DNA of 64,000 nucleotides from Mytilus trossulus (Eukaryota): NCBI RefSeq assembly GCF_036588685.1, contig NC_086383.1, positions 23,250,001 to 23,314,000 of the forward strand, read 5' to 3'. Shown piece by piece: positions 14,815 to 25,650 of this stretch (position 1 is its first letter; each line of letters starts with the position of its first letter). The notes under the pieces were generated by a model. It saw only the letters and a program-made list of their open reading frames with translations, ran no database searches and was not told where the DNA came from. The position numbers and the translations under genes were made by a program.

Positions 14815-15190
14815 ATAGTCACCAAAGGTACCAGGATTATAATTTAATACTCCAGACGCGCGTTTCGTCTTCATAAGACTAATCAGTGATGCTCATATCA
14901 AAACAGCTATAAAAGTTAAACAAGTACAAAGTTAAAGAGAATTGAGGAACCAAGATTCCAAAAGTTGTGCCAAATACGGCTAATGTAATCTACTCCTGGG
15001 AGAATAAGGAAGTCCTTAATTTTTGGAAATTTATCTAAATGACCATATAATTGATGTTCATGTCAACACTGAAGTGCTGACTACAGAGTTGGTTATACCC
15101 TCGGGGACAACGTCCACCAGCAGTGGCGTCGATCCAGTGGTGTAAAATATTCACCAAAGGCACCATAATTATAATTTAATACGCCAAACA
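14815..15190 (-). mobile_element. Diverged, about 1.05-unit copy of the 355-bp retrozyme family, nested in the Academ element
   Basis: Aligns along the whole unit of the 21208 array. Its hammerhead core reads CUGAUUA (non-canonical). Confidence 0.8.
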
Positions 15191-16009
15191 AGCCATTTTA
15201 ATGTACAATCCACAAACATGACGATAAACGTATGTTCTTCGTACAAGTCTGGCCATTCCAACTGTTTGCCCGATATTTAGAAAGTTAACCACATTTTTCA
15301 TCTTAGCCATCGAATGCTTGATCATTGCAACTGAAAGGGCGTGTTTTCAAACAGTGACATTAAAAGCAACATTTTTTACTCGAATAGAACCGAGATTCTT
15401 AGAGGAATGAATGACGATCAAGATATGTTTAAGGAATTCAAATTCTCATCTGTTAGATGAACTACGATTTCCATCATTGTGCTCTTGCAGTGCGTGTAAT
15501 TCGTTCTTTACTAATAAATAGTTTGCGCATGCGCGAAATTGTTAAACGTATGTGTATCATAACCTTAAAAAATGTCATCAAACAAATTCATAACATCATT
15601 AAAAATTCAAAAACGCTAAGCATGTAATAAAAACGATAAGCATGTAATAAATAACTCAAATGTTTGTGTGTGAATTTTGTTATATTTTCACGCATGCGCA
15701 TACCAAGAAAATGTCAAATATATATTTTTAGTATAAATGTCACATGTTAAGAAGGTATCCACCAAACCTGATAATATTTTGTACTCAGAGAAGGTCAACT
15801 AAAACGTTTTCAAGAAAAAATAAGTATTTCAATCTGGAAAAAATCAGCCATTTTAGGAAAGATGGTGGCCATCTTGAAAAAATTAAATTTTCTTATGGCC
15901 AGCAGTATTTTCTTAAAAAGTATATAACAATGATGCTTCGTGCTAATTTTCATGCTTGTATCATCATTTGCACAATTCCCTTGATTTTGCTTGCTAATAT
16001 CTTCCACTA

Positions 16010-16790
16010 TCCGGCATGTATCTGCTTGTAATCTTTTTTCAATTCATGTTGATCCTTGTCATTTGCTTATCAATGTTGATTCTTTTCATGTTTCGGAGTG
16101 TTTTGTGACTTTCGTTTTCGATGAACTTGTAGACATTTTGTTATGGACGAGATGACGCCTGCCTTAGGGTACAGAATGTTTCGGCTGTCATTAAGACTTG
16201 TTAGGGGCCTTGGCTGTTTTCTCATCATTGGCCAAGTTGTTGTCTCTTCAGCACACTACCTGTTTTCACTCTCAATACTTGTTTTCGTTTTGTGACCTGA
16301 AAATGTCACTTTATATTCGACTTATAAATTTTAATGTCCTGCTGGTATTTTTTGCTTCTATTTCATAACTACACAGAGTTTTTCATAAGTTGTACAGTTT
16401 GTTGGTTTCAATCAATTTGAAAAATAAATTTAAGTACATAATCAATGTACATGTGTAAAGTGAAAATAGTAACTGTCAAACATCGTTGGAGAGTGATTAA
16501 CACTAATTTAATGTACACTGTCGTTTGGAAGACGCAATTTTATCTTGCACACCATATACATGCCCAAACACTCAGCTATATTTTGGGCAGAATTCGAGTT
16601 TCGTACACTTTTAAAACAACGTATAAGTGATATGTTGATTTTTTTATAATAACTGTTTACTTTCGCTACAAATATTTTGGTTGCAATTTTAGCAATCCGC
16701 GACAGGCATATGAACTGTTGAACAGTGTCTTTGTTTTAATTCTTTGTTTTAATGTCTCTGGAAAGTTGTCTCATTGACCCTCATATTAAA
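16010..16790 (+). repeat. Segmental duplicate of 1-830
   Basis: Colinear with 1-830, with an extra 30-40 bp near 16150. Confidence 0.85.
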
Positions 16791-18982
16791 CTGATCGTTT
16801 TTTTAGTCCTTTGTTTTTCTGTTAATCATGAAATAGAAGTAACTTCCAATATCTCTTTATCTGTTGTTCTGAATATGAATTTTAACACTTTTTAGTGATA
16901 GAAAAGGATATAAAATCATCCAAAAGCTAAGAAGACTAGTCGAAACATAACCGAATTTTTTCACATAGAAACTCAGAAGATGAAACTCGGATTTGTTTAG
17001 TGCAATATTATTGTAAAAAGTGTTGTGATATTATATCGACAAAGAAGACAAAATACGCACACAAAAACCTTTAACAGCTGTAATCGAAATCGTCTCAGGT
17101 CAATGCAACAGGTCTCTGACCAAAAACAAGGCATATTCAGATATAATCACGTTATCACGTAATGATATTGTTTAGATTTATATCTTGCAATATAAACCTC
17201 AACGTTATACCTTAAATGTTTGGTCTTCATTGTTTATTTATTATAAAAGGAATATAGTGAATTGAATTTACAATTACAGGAAAGTGTTTTGAAGAATACA
17301 ATTTTTTTATTGACACGACATACATCCAGAGTGTTAAAATACACCTTTTGACTGGGGATGAGGCTAATAGCAAGTTTGTTGAACCCGAGATATCAATTTT
17401 TGCTCCAGGCGGAGCCGAGGAAAATAATTGGCATGGCTATAAATAATTTGTTAAAGTCTGTGTTGTATTTCATTTAATGCAATCAAGAATAGGAATTTCT
17501 GTGCATATAATAGATTCTAGCTTAAGTAAACCAAACGGAAATACAGATTAAGAAGCCAACGACGGATTCATATAATAAATTTAGTATCATAATTTAGATC
17601 TGTTAAAAATGAGTCGCAGAGATTTTCTTTCTCTTTTATGATTTTTTTATATTATTTTAAGCTGCATAGTTGATGACGTCATCATGTCCAATAAAAATTA
17701 AGTATGAAAAAGTACGGGAAATATGATCAAAAAACTATGACATGAATTAAACGGGAAACAGTCTTTAAAAGTATTGACTGGCAAAAAGTCTGGAATGAAA
17801 TAGCACAACTTTTTTAATTATTTTTATATAGAAATAACATATTGATGTATAATATATGATAAGTAATATATATATCATATGTACACTATTGAATGCATTT
17901 CCTGGATAATTGCTATGTGTATCGTACGCCCCTCTTTATGTAGAAAAACAACAGATAACAGCATATCAAAATCCATAGCACTAAATGAACATATAATCAC
18001 GAAACCGTTTCTAGTAGTAAAGAGCAAAGCAAATCAACATGATGCAAAGACATTGCTAATTTATTCACATAGGTCAATATTTAGAAGTTTATAAAAAAAA
18101 ACAGTAAATGATGCAGGTTTCTATTTGTCTTATTTTTGCGTATAATCATCCATATGGTTGTTAAGAAGATCTTAATGTTATGAAAGATTGCATCGTCGAT
18201 ACTTAGTATTTCTATTTATAATTCACAGTAAAAACCAACAAATTGAAATATCGTTAATCCACCATAAAAGTTGCTTATGCACAATTTCAACCGTTTATTA
18301 TTTGCGTCACAGTTAATAGATAAATGGGACATTTAGACAAAGGCAACAGTAGTATACCACTGTTCAAAAGTCATAAATCGATTGAGAGAAAACAAATTCA
18401 GGCTACAAACTAAAACCGTGGGAACATATTTACTTTGAAAGAAAAACAACGAAACAACAGAAACACAGAAGTGCAACAAAAAGCGAACGACAATGCAAAA
18501 CACATAGAAACGAACTACAAGTCAGCTGATTAACAGTTATAGAAATCAAATTAAAATATTTTTAAATTCAAAACGTCTTGTTCTATATCATTTTCATAAG
18601 TCAGATGTTGAAAACAAGGTCAAATTTTAAATATGAAAATTAAATGGTATGGATTACCACGTACAAATAACATGAAATATTGTATCCCAATGGCAAATAA
18701 CAAAAAAAAAACTAAAATAAATAATCCTTTCTGAACTGTTCAGTAAATGCGCAACTGGGATTTAAGTACAAACATGATTTAATCTATTCTCTTTCTTCCA
18801 ATCAACTAATTTACACCAGAGAAGATAGAAAAAATATTTGGTGGGCACACATGTATTGACAAGTAGATTTTTGAATACTATTATATATATACAAGATAAA
18901 AAAAAATCCTATTAGTTTCAACACATACATGACATATATCATTTAAATATAACTCGAATGATTTACTTACTTTTTATTTCAG

Positions 18983-19558
18983 AGGTATAATTTAATGTTA
19001 ACGACCAGACAAAGGCCCATAACTGAGAGGCATCTCATTGTAGTGCCATGGGAAGGTGGGCTTCTTCAAACACATCAATATGTGACGAAGACGCGTTTAA
19101 TAGAAGAAAAAGTACTTACAGATGTTTACAGAGTGTTAAGAACAAACGAAAACCCAGATAACGGAATAACCGCAAAAGATCCACATTCTACTGTAGGTGC
19201 AGCATATCATGTAGCGTGGGGCAGCCATTCATTCAAAAAACGGAAATCAAAATACATATCAACATGCCAATATCTAAAGGATGCACAGCGTTTAGCAGGC
19301 ATACATTTTACAAATTATGGCGTAAATTGTGAAATCATAGGCATTGAATTACACAACTGGAAAACAGAAGAGGATGCATATAATATTAGAGAAATTTTTC
19401 CTGTTTGGGATCTTAATGTGCGTAATACAGTTATATTTCACGAAAAACCAGACAGTGATACTGAATCGAACTTTCACAAATTTGCGCCCATTTTCAATGA
19501 AGTTCTCTTAGTTGGACATGTTCCAAAAAAGTACATTTATGTGCCGTGTTTCTTTTAA
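18983..19558 (+). CDS. Terminal exon encoding a putative R-S-E (ARTC/toxin-like) ADP-ribosyltransferase domain protein
   Basis: Strong acceptor ttacttactttttatttcag, in frame (RYNL then M at 18995). 187-aa ORF with VYR46VLR..ENP..GI.AK.P, HV..GS, YIS89TC and NE169VLLVGHVP..YI. AATAAA motifs near 19760. Confidence 0.7.
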   Translation, partial: RYNLMLTTRQRPITERHLIVVPWEGGLLQTHQYVTKTRLIEEKVLTDVYRVLRTNENPDNGITAKDPHSTVGAAYHVAWGSHSFKKRKSKYISTCQYLKDAQRLAGIHFTNYGVNCEIIGIELHNWKTEEDAYNIREIFPVWDLNVRNTVIFHEKPDSDTESNFHKFAPIFNEVLLVGHVPKKYIYVPCFF

Positions 19559-21242
19559 TCCTAGATGTGAACGAACAATGACCTTCCCCCAACTGATTTA
19601 AGATTAAATGTATCTTGGAAGCATCTCTGTGGTATTTATCAAACATGTTATGTAAACAGACCCAGTACGACTGATGAAGTAAATTTAATTAAGAAAATAA
19701 TAGTAATAACAATAAGAATTAATAATAATAAATTATAATTATCCTATGGAAAATCAAAATAAATAAAAAATGAAAAAATATTTAATATATATACATAACA
19801 AAATAAAAACACAATAAATACAAATATAAAATATTATAAAAATTTGGCGTTACGGGCAACATGCTTATGATTGATAAGTATTTTAAAAATAAATAAAATA
19901 CATATATCAATCAAGAAATTAAATTCACATTATTCGAGCATCTATCGCTGCAACTGCAATAGACGATAGAGTGTAGATGTATAAATGTGACTTCAAATAA
20001 CTTAGACCATAAGGAGAAAGTTACGAGCCGCTTGATTATACATCTATCAGAAACATAACTCGTAGAGTTTTGAATGAAACCTCAAACAATGTGAACTTAA
20101 TAGCAAAGAGAGCCTTTAAAAGAGAGTATTGACAAGAGCTTGAAGCATAATTCGAAGAACACTTGTTACTTCGAAATATTATACCTCTCTACGCGTGACA
20201 TGTTGAGCGCTGGCCCATCCCATGTCAAACATAGGTAACTCAAGTATATTAATACCTACTCTTAAATTTTATACCTGCATGTTGAGCGCTGGCCCAGCCC
20301 ATGCTTAGAGGGTATGGGCTCACTTTCAACCTGAGAAGAATAACCTCGAGTGAAAAAAACATTTGCACACTAAAACATGTATCCAAAATGGACAAACAAA
20401 TGATTCGTTCACCCGACGAGAGGGCTGCCTAGTTACCCGTTTTATCAGGGCTGACTCAGAACTCAGGTAACAATTTTGTGACAAGTAAAGAATGGGTAAA
20501 ATCCATTATTATATTGCCCAAACGAAATGTGTTACACATACATGCTGCCCTTGTAACGCATTGAGTATCCGCAAAATTATTCCGAGATAGTGATTGTGCT
20601 AAAATGTGTACGGTAAAAAACATTCGTTCTAAAAATAGTTAGAGCTTGATAATAAACATAAAAAAATATTATATAAGAAAATACTTGACATAGTAATTAA
20701 TTATAAATAGCCATCTATTAATTCAATAAAGAAATAATAGACCCAATTTATGAATATGATTTCGTGACATTCAACGGATCTTGATGCCTGTTATCTTCCA
20801 ATTATTATTAAACGGGTGTTCCGTCGAATGTCCGACGCACCCAAATTTGAATATGCGATTTGGAAACCATTGATAGTATCTTTGAATTAAATATAAATGG
20901 TGCTTTATGTAAAGCTAAATGCTGCTGTAACCAATGAATCTCATTTTTATACAACTGATCTTATAGACAAATATGATTTATAATACGTTGATGAATACTT
21001 ACTCTTTTATAAACAACAAAATAGCAGTCAGATGAAACAATGTAAAACTATAACTTTGACAGTAAATTAGTTTTTGTCTGTATATTCGGAATAAAGCGGA
21101 TATCCTAAATCATCTCATTATAACTGTAGTTCATTGTAATATATGTGCGGATCAAAAAACCTCTTTGTAAAAGTTAAATAATATATCGTAGCACACATGA
21201 GTTGGTTAATAGTTATCAAAGGTACCAGGATTATAATTTAGT

Positions 21243-21286
21243 ACACCAGACGCGCGTTTCGTCTACATAAGACTCATCAGTGACGC
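21243..21286 (-). ncRNA. Type I hammerhead ribozyme (unit 1, canonical core)
   Basis: Stem I gcgtca/tggtgt, core CUGAUGA, stem II GUC-UUAUGUA-GAC, GAAA, palindromic stem III ACGCGCGU. The GUC cleavage site is predicted between 21249 and 21248. Confidence 0.85.
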
Positions 21287-22665
21287 TCATATCAAAATAT
21301 TTATAAAGCCAAACAAGTACAAAGTTGAAGAGCATTGAGGATCCAAAATTCCAAAAAGTTGTGCCAAATACGGCTAAGGTAATCTATGCCTGGAATAAGA
21401 AAATCCTTAGTTTTTCAAAAATTTCAAAGTTTGGTAAACAGGAAATTTATAAAAATGACCACATTATTGATATTCATGTCAACACTGATCAAGTGTTGAC
21501 AACTGGGCTGGTTATACCCTCGGGGACGAAACGTCCACCAGCAGTGGCATCGACCCAGTGGTGTAAATAGTTATCAAAGGTACCAGGATTATAATTTAGT
21601 ACGCCAGACGCGCGTTTCGTCTACATAAGACTCACCAGTGACGCTCATATCAAAATATTTATAAAGCCAAACAAGTACAAAGTTGAAGAGCATTGAGGAT
21701 CCAAAATTCCAAAAAGTTGTGCCAAATACGGCTAAGGTAATCTATGCCTGGAATAAGAAAATCCTTAGTTTTTCAAAAATTTCAAAGTTTGGTAAACAGG
21801 AAATTTATAAAAATGACCACATTATTGATATTCATTTCAACACCGAAGTGTTGACTACTTGGCTGGTGATACCCTCGGGGACGAAACGTCCACCAGCAGT
21901 GGCATCGACCCAGTGGTGTAAATAGTTATCAAAGGTACCAGGATTATAATTTAGTACGCCAGACGCGCGTTTCGTCTACATAAGACTCACCAGTGACGCT
22001 CATATCAAAATATTTATAAAGCCAAACAAGTACAAAGTTGAAGAGCATTGAGGATCCAAAATTCCAAAAAGTTGTGCCAAATACGGCTAAGGTAATCTAT
22101 GCCTGGAATAAGAAAATCCTTAGTTTTTCAAAAATTTCAAAGTTTGGTAAACAGGAAATTTATAAAAATGACCACATTATTGATATTCATTTCAACACCG
22201 AAGTGTTGACTACTTGGCTGGTGATACCCTCGGGGACGAAACGTCCACCAGCAGTGGCATCGACCCAGTGGTGTAAATAGTTATCAAAGGTACCAGGATT
22301 ATAATTTAGTACGCCAGACGCGCGTTTCGTCTACATAAGACTCACCAGTGACGCTCATATCAAAATATTTATAAAGCCAAACAAGTACAAAGTTGAAGAG
22401 CATTGAGGATCCAAAATTCCAAAAAGTTGTGCCAAATACGGCTAAGGTAATCTATGCCTGGAATAAGAAAATCCTTAGTTTTTCAAAAATTTCAAAGTTT
22501 GGTAAACAGGAAATTTATAAAAATGACCACATTATTGATATTCATTTCAACACCGAAGTGTTGACTACTTGGCTGGTGATACCCTCGGGGACGAAACGTC
22601 CACCAGCAGTGGCATCGATCCAGTGGTGTAAATAGTTATCAAAGGTACCAGGATTATAATTTAGT

Positions 22666-22709
22666 ACGCCAGACGTGCGTTTCGTCTACATAAGACTCAT
22701 CAGTGACGC
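22666..22709 (-). ncRNA. Type I hammerhead ribozyme (unit 5, canonical core, altered loop III)
   Basis: CUGAUGA, GAAA and GUC are intact. Stem-loop III reads ACGCACGU (palindrome broken). Confidence 0.75.
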
Positions 22710-23829
22710 TCATATCAAAATATTTATAAAGCCAAACAAGTACAAAGTTGAAGAGCATTGAGGATCCAAAATTCCAAAAAGTTGTGCCAAATACGGCTTA
22801 GGTAATCTATGCCTGGAATAAGAAAATCCTTAGTTTTTCAAAAATTTCAATGTTTGGTAAACAGGAAATTTATAAAAATGACCACATTATTGATATTCAT
22901 GTCAACACAGAAGTGTTGACAACTGGGCTGGTGATACCCTCGGGGACGAAACGTCCACCAGCAGTGGCATCGACCCAGTGGTGTAAATAGTTATCAAAGG
23001 TACCAGGATTATAATTTAGTACGCCTGGCGCGCGTTTCGTCTACATAAGACTCATCAGTGACGCTCATATCAAAATATTTTTAAAGCCAAACAAGTACAA
23101 AGTTGAAGAGCATTGAGGATCCAAAATTCCAAAAAGTTGTGCCAAATACGGCTAAGGTAATCTATGCCTGGAATAAGAAAATCCTTAGTTTTTCAAAAAT
23201 TTCAAAGTTTGGTAAACAGGAAATTTATAAAAATTACCACATTATTGATATTCAACACATGTCATACTATTTTTCTAGATGAATAGGCAGATCTCACTAG
23301 GAAATAATGCATGTTATACTGTGTTGATAGAGGTTATAGAAAACAATTTACAACTGTTTATGATACCAATTTCTTGAAGAAACAACCTTTCAATATTGTC
23401 GTGTTGTGTAAATAAACTTTGATTATGATTGTATTATCAGAAAAGATGTTGATTTTAAGCGATCTTGTTCCATTTATATTAACTCTGTGTCTAGACTAAA
23501 CATGTTCAATTGGTGTTAGTTCTTTGTTTCAAGTAAACTCGTCATTAGTATCGCAGATCTGGTAAGTTATGTGAGCACCAAACGTTTTTCCCCGTAGTCG
23601 AAATATGAAAATAAATAAAATACTGTTCAAAACAATGTATAAATAGCATATATCATTAAACTATAAAACATTAAAGCTACTTTAATATAAATATCTATAA
23701 TATATATATTGCATGACTGGGACAATATTATCAATTTCCATCCACACCTCTTCTTTTCTATATACTAATTGTTGTAATTGCAGAAAACACAGAGACAATA
23801 CAGATGATTTTCATAGGCTAGAAATATCA

Positions 23830-25650
23830 ACATTTGTTCATCGTATTTGATCGTCGGAGATCTGTACTTCTTAACCTTTCCCCATCTGTATTAATGCAAT
23901 ATTTAAGGGGGCTCGCGGGTCTAAATAATTTTTGTTTATTTAATATAGGATTTCTCTTTATTTTTCTATAAATGAACTTTATCTTATACTTAATAGAAAA
24001 ATGAAATAAAAAAATGGGGTCACCGTTCATTTACGCTCACAATCTGCCTTCGAAAGAAGCATACATTTTTGTTGATGTCCTTTTTTTCTGTTGAACTAAT
24101 AGGAGAAAAAACGGTAATATCGAAATAAAAAAAGAACTAAATTACAGAAATCGCTCAAATTTTACAAGTATTTAGTTTATGTACAGCTTATTTTAAAACA
24201 ACAATAAAAAATATAGGTCACCGATAAGTTAAAAAAGATATTTCAATTTTAATGCCAAAAAATGGCATTTTTGCACCAAAGGGAGATAATTTGGAGCTTT
24301 TTACATGATATCTACATTTTAAAAGTCACCTGGGGTCAACACAAATTGATTTTTTTGGAACGATTGTTTTACCAAATGATAAAGTTACAACTATTAAAGG
24401 TTATAAATAAAATTTGTATTGAAAAATTAATGTTTATTTTTTTTTCTGAAAATCTTATACCCGCGAGCCTCCTTAATTGTCCAAGACAAATTTAAATGGA
24501 TAAGGTCAATGCATGTGTTGAGAAAAGATGATACTGTAGCTTTGTTTGTCTTTATCACTCCTCATTACATACTTACATGTCTATTATACCTTTATCTATA
24601 GTTGTGATAATTAAGGTGAATAATGTTGTGTGTGACATCGGGGAGAAAGTATAAAAAAATAATTGTGAATGGTCATGCGTATATGAACCATTAATCATAA
24701 AGCAAATATATAACATAAAATGCATACGTGAAAATGAGTTAACTTGTAGTCAAGATCCGAACAAATGCTGTGAAGTGTTATTCCAAGCCATAGAATATAT
24801 GAGAACTTAATAATCGTTAAATATAAATGCATACAAATAGTTTATGACTACATGATAAACTTCTCATAAGGTACAGAGCTTTGAGAAACAGGGAACAACT
24901 ATAGTATACAACCTGATGCAACTCTCTGTTACATAGTTCGTTATCTACATCGTACACAAGATCCAGATAATGTATGCCACTTCTAGGCCATGTCAATGTG
25001 TATGTATGATACATTGAGATAAAATATTAAGAATGTAATCAATAATTATGATGAGTGTTGCCTCTTAATCAAATAGTAGATACACAGATACATGTATGTT
25101 TACGTCCGTAACAATAAAGGGTAGCAAAATAAAAAAATTATTATGATATAGTAAATCCAAAGTAAATCATTTTAAGGTGCATACTAACGATAATATAACG
25201 AGAGAAAATGCGTTCATATTTTTGTTGAATATGATAATCCAAATATGTTACACTCATCAAGTGTACTGAAACTTTTAAGCTGATTCTTGTAATCAATATT
25301 TGAATTGTATGCTTCGATTATCAAGCAATGAATATGAGTATTTATTTAGTAACTAATCGAATAGTCAAGTAAAATGAACCACATTTAAATTGCCTTCATA
25401 AATTAAAAAATGTACAATAAACTGACCTGTCTTGGAAAAATAAACTTATACCAGTTTAATTATTGAACTGTTCAAAACTTTTGTATGCCTCCATCCATAT
25501 CTTCAAGACTGTATCCACTTATTCTGCAGCAATAGTCGATGAGTCGACCAGTAAATCGACTATGACCGAAGATCGATCCATTACTATCCATATAACTTGT
25601 TTAATGACGAGCGGTTCTTGTGTTACATATACTAGTACACATTGTTCATT
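23830..25650 (-). pseudogene. Possible decayed YWTD/LDL-receptor class B repeat exons
   Basis: Frameshifted - strand fragments: WIVMDRSS/IYWST/DMDGG/TKVLNSS (25460-25600), TLTWPRSG..LDLV (24950-25000), and DGERLRSTDL after a ttaatacag acceptor (about 23885). Weak motif resemblance only. Confidence 0.3.
23907..24472. mobile_element. Kolobok-like MITE (TTAA TSD, GG..CC ends)
   Basis: ttaa|gggggctcgcgggt ... acccgcgagcctcc|ttaa. Confidence 0.85.

Larger units (their letters stand above)
11278..16009 (-). mobile_element. Degenerate Academ (AcademX-type) DNA transposon
   Basis: TAG...CTA termini. Imperfect TIRs of about 140 bp (tagtgggagatatt..gatacaagcatgaaa..ctgctggccataa..ttcaagatggccacc). 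3-bp TSD TCC at 11275-77 and 16010-12. The - strand has XPG-like remnants (AAFPFFHAFS..AWQTFDVF, about 12220-12300) and a C-terminal Cys cluster LKCGCQKFSCVGNCK*YRSGLPCACLCIGNC (about 11695-11795), with many stops. Confidence 0.85.
21208..23256 (-). mobile_element. Tandem array (about 5.8 x 355 bp) of hammerhead-containing non-LTR retrozyme units
   Basis: Units start at 21208, 21566, 21921, 22276, 22631 and 22986 and are near identical. Each - strand unit has the motif gcgtca-CTGATGA-gtc-ttatgta-gac-GAA-ac-gcgc-gt-C-tggcgt or a variant of it. Confidence 0.9.

Noticed and set aside
21325-22635. Four near-identical 80-81 aa ORFs (MKSIEDPKFQ...)
   Set aside because: They start at TTG inside the retrozyme repeat on the strand opposite the ribozyme, and unit 5 has a stop. 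They are a by-product of the repeat.
21208-23256. CRISPR-like or plain satellite interpretation of the tandem arrays
   Set aside because: There are no unique spacers and no cas genes, and the context is eukaryotic. The hammerhead motif explains this array.
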